The notes beneath the pieces are model-generated. The model was not told where the DNA came from and searched no databases. It saw only the letters and a program-made list of their open reading frames with translations. Below are positions 63,588-64,000 of a DNA stretch of 64,000 nt, piece by piece; position 1 is the stretch's first letter, and every line of letters begins with the position of its first letter. Position numbers and translations under genes: made by a program. This DNA comes from Sphaerodactylus townsendi (taxonomy: Eukaryota), in assembly GCF_021028975.2 (NCBI RefSeq), contig NC_059432.1, positions 66,030,001 through 66,094,000 on the forward strand. The letters are read 5' to 3'.

Positions 63588-63767
63588 CAGAGGTGTAGCA
63601 AGGGGGGAAAGCGCCCGGTGCACTGGTGCATCCTCCTCTCCTGTCCTGCCCTGGAATGCCCCTGTCCTGCCCTGGAACGCCCCTGCCCGGAATGCCCTAG
63701 CCACACCCCCACAGGGGCATGTGCCTGGTGTGTCGCACCCCTCGGCCCCCTTGGAGCTATGATTCTG
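63588..63767. mobile_element. short hAT-type MITE
   Basis: 8-bp TSD CCAAAGGC (63580-63587, 63768-63775); decayed TIRs CAGAGGTGTAGC / GCTATGATTCTG; internal tandem CCTGTCCTGCCCTGGAA. Confidence 0.7.
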
Positions 63768-64000
63768 CCAAAGGCTCAGGCATATTCAACTGGATTTGTT
63801 GTGAATTATTTTTCACTGAACACTAGACCTTCATGCCGTTTTATACACTACTTTGCAAAGTCTCCTGTTTTAAAAGCAGTTTTCCTGTTAGCATGAGAGT
63901 TGAGGTCAGTCTCCTTTTGGAGTCTTTACACCCTTAGGATGTTGTTCTTGGCACCATATTCTTTTTAATGGGGTGAATGACAACACTGTTTCTTTCACGT

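Noticed and set aside
61225-64000. YEATS2 3' exons expected from human synteny
   Set aside because: No recognisable YEATS2 coding sequence found; probably beyond the window.

Overview
Vertebrate (squamate reptile, probably gecko-type judging from the SINE/CR1/hAT repertoire) genomic DNA with four intron-containing genes that can be assembled exon by exon with GT-AG boundaries and correct phases: DUSP28 (+, 2 coding exons, 157 aa), a claudin-10/15-like gene (-, 5 exons, 224 aa, plus an orphaned second, claudin-10a-like first exon), PARL (10 exons, 355 aa) and MAP6D1 (+, 3 exons, 259 aa). The key anomaly is that PARL exons 1-7 lie on the - strand (43356->36026) while exons 8-10 lie on the + strand (50489->53917). 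A ~13.7 kb segment (35682-49423) is inverted between two copies of a palindromic hAT MITE whose 8-bp target-site duplications are reciprocally swapped. Flipping it back restores PARL, rejoins a split CR1 element, and places the orphan claudin exon upstream of, and in frame with, the claudin gene as an alternative first exon with opposite pore charge (CLDN10a/10b-like architecture). The sequence alone cannot tell a real MITE-mediated inversion from an assembly mis-join. The rest is transposon-rich: a near full-length CR1, a full-length L1-clade LINE nested in a foldback hAT element nested in an older repeat, a SPIN MITE, Harbinger MITEs, SINEs and LINE fragments.
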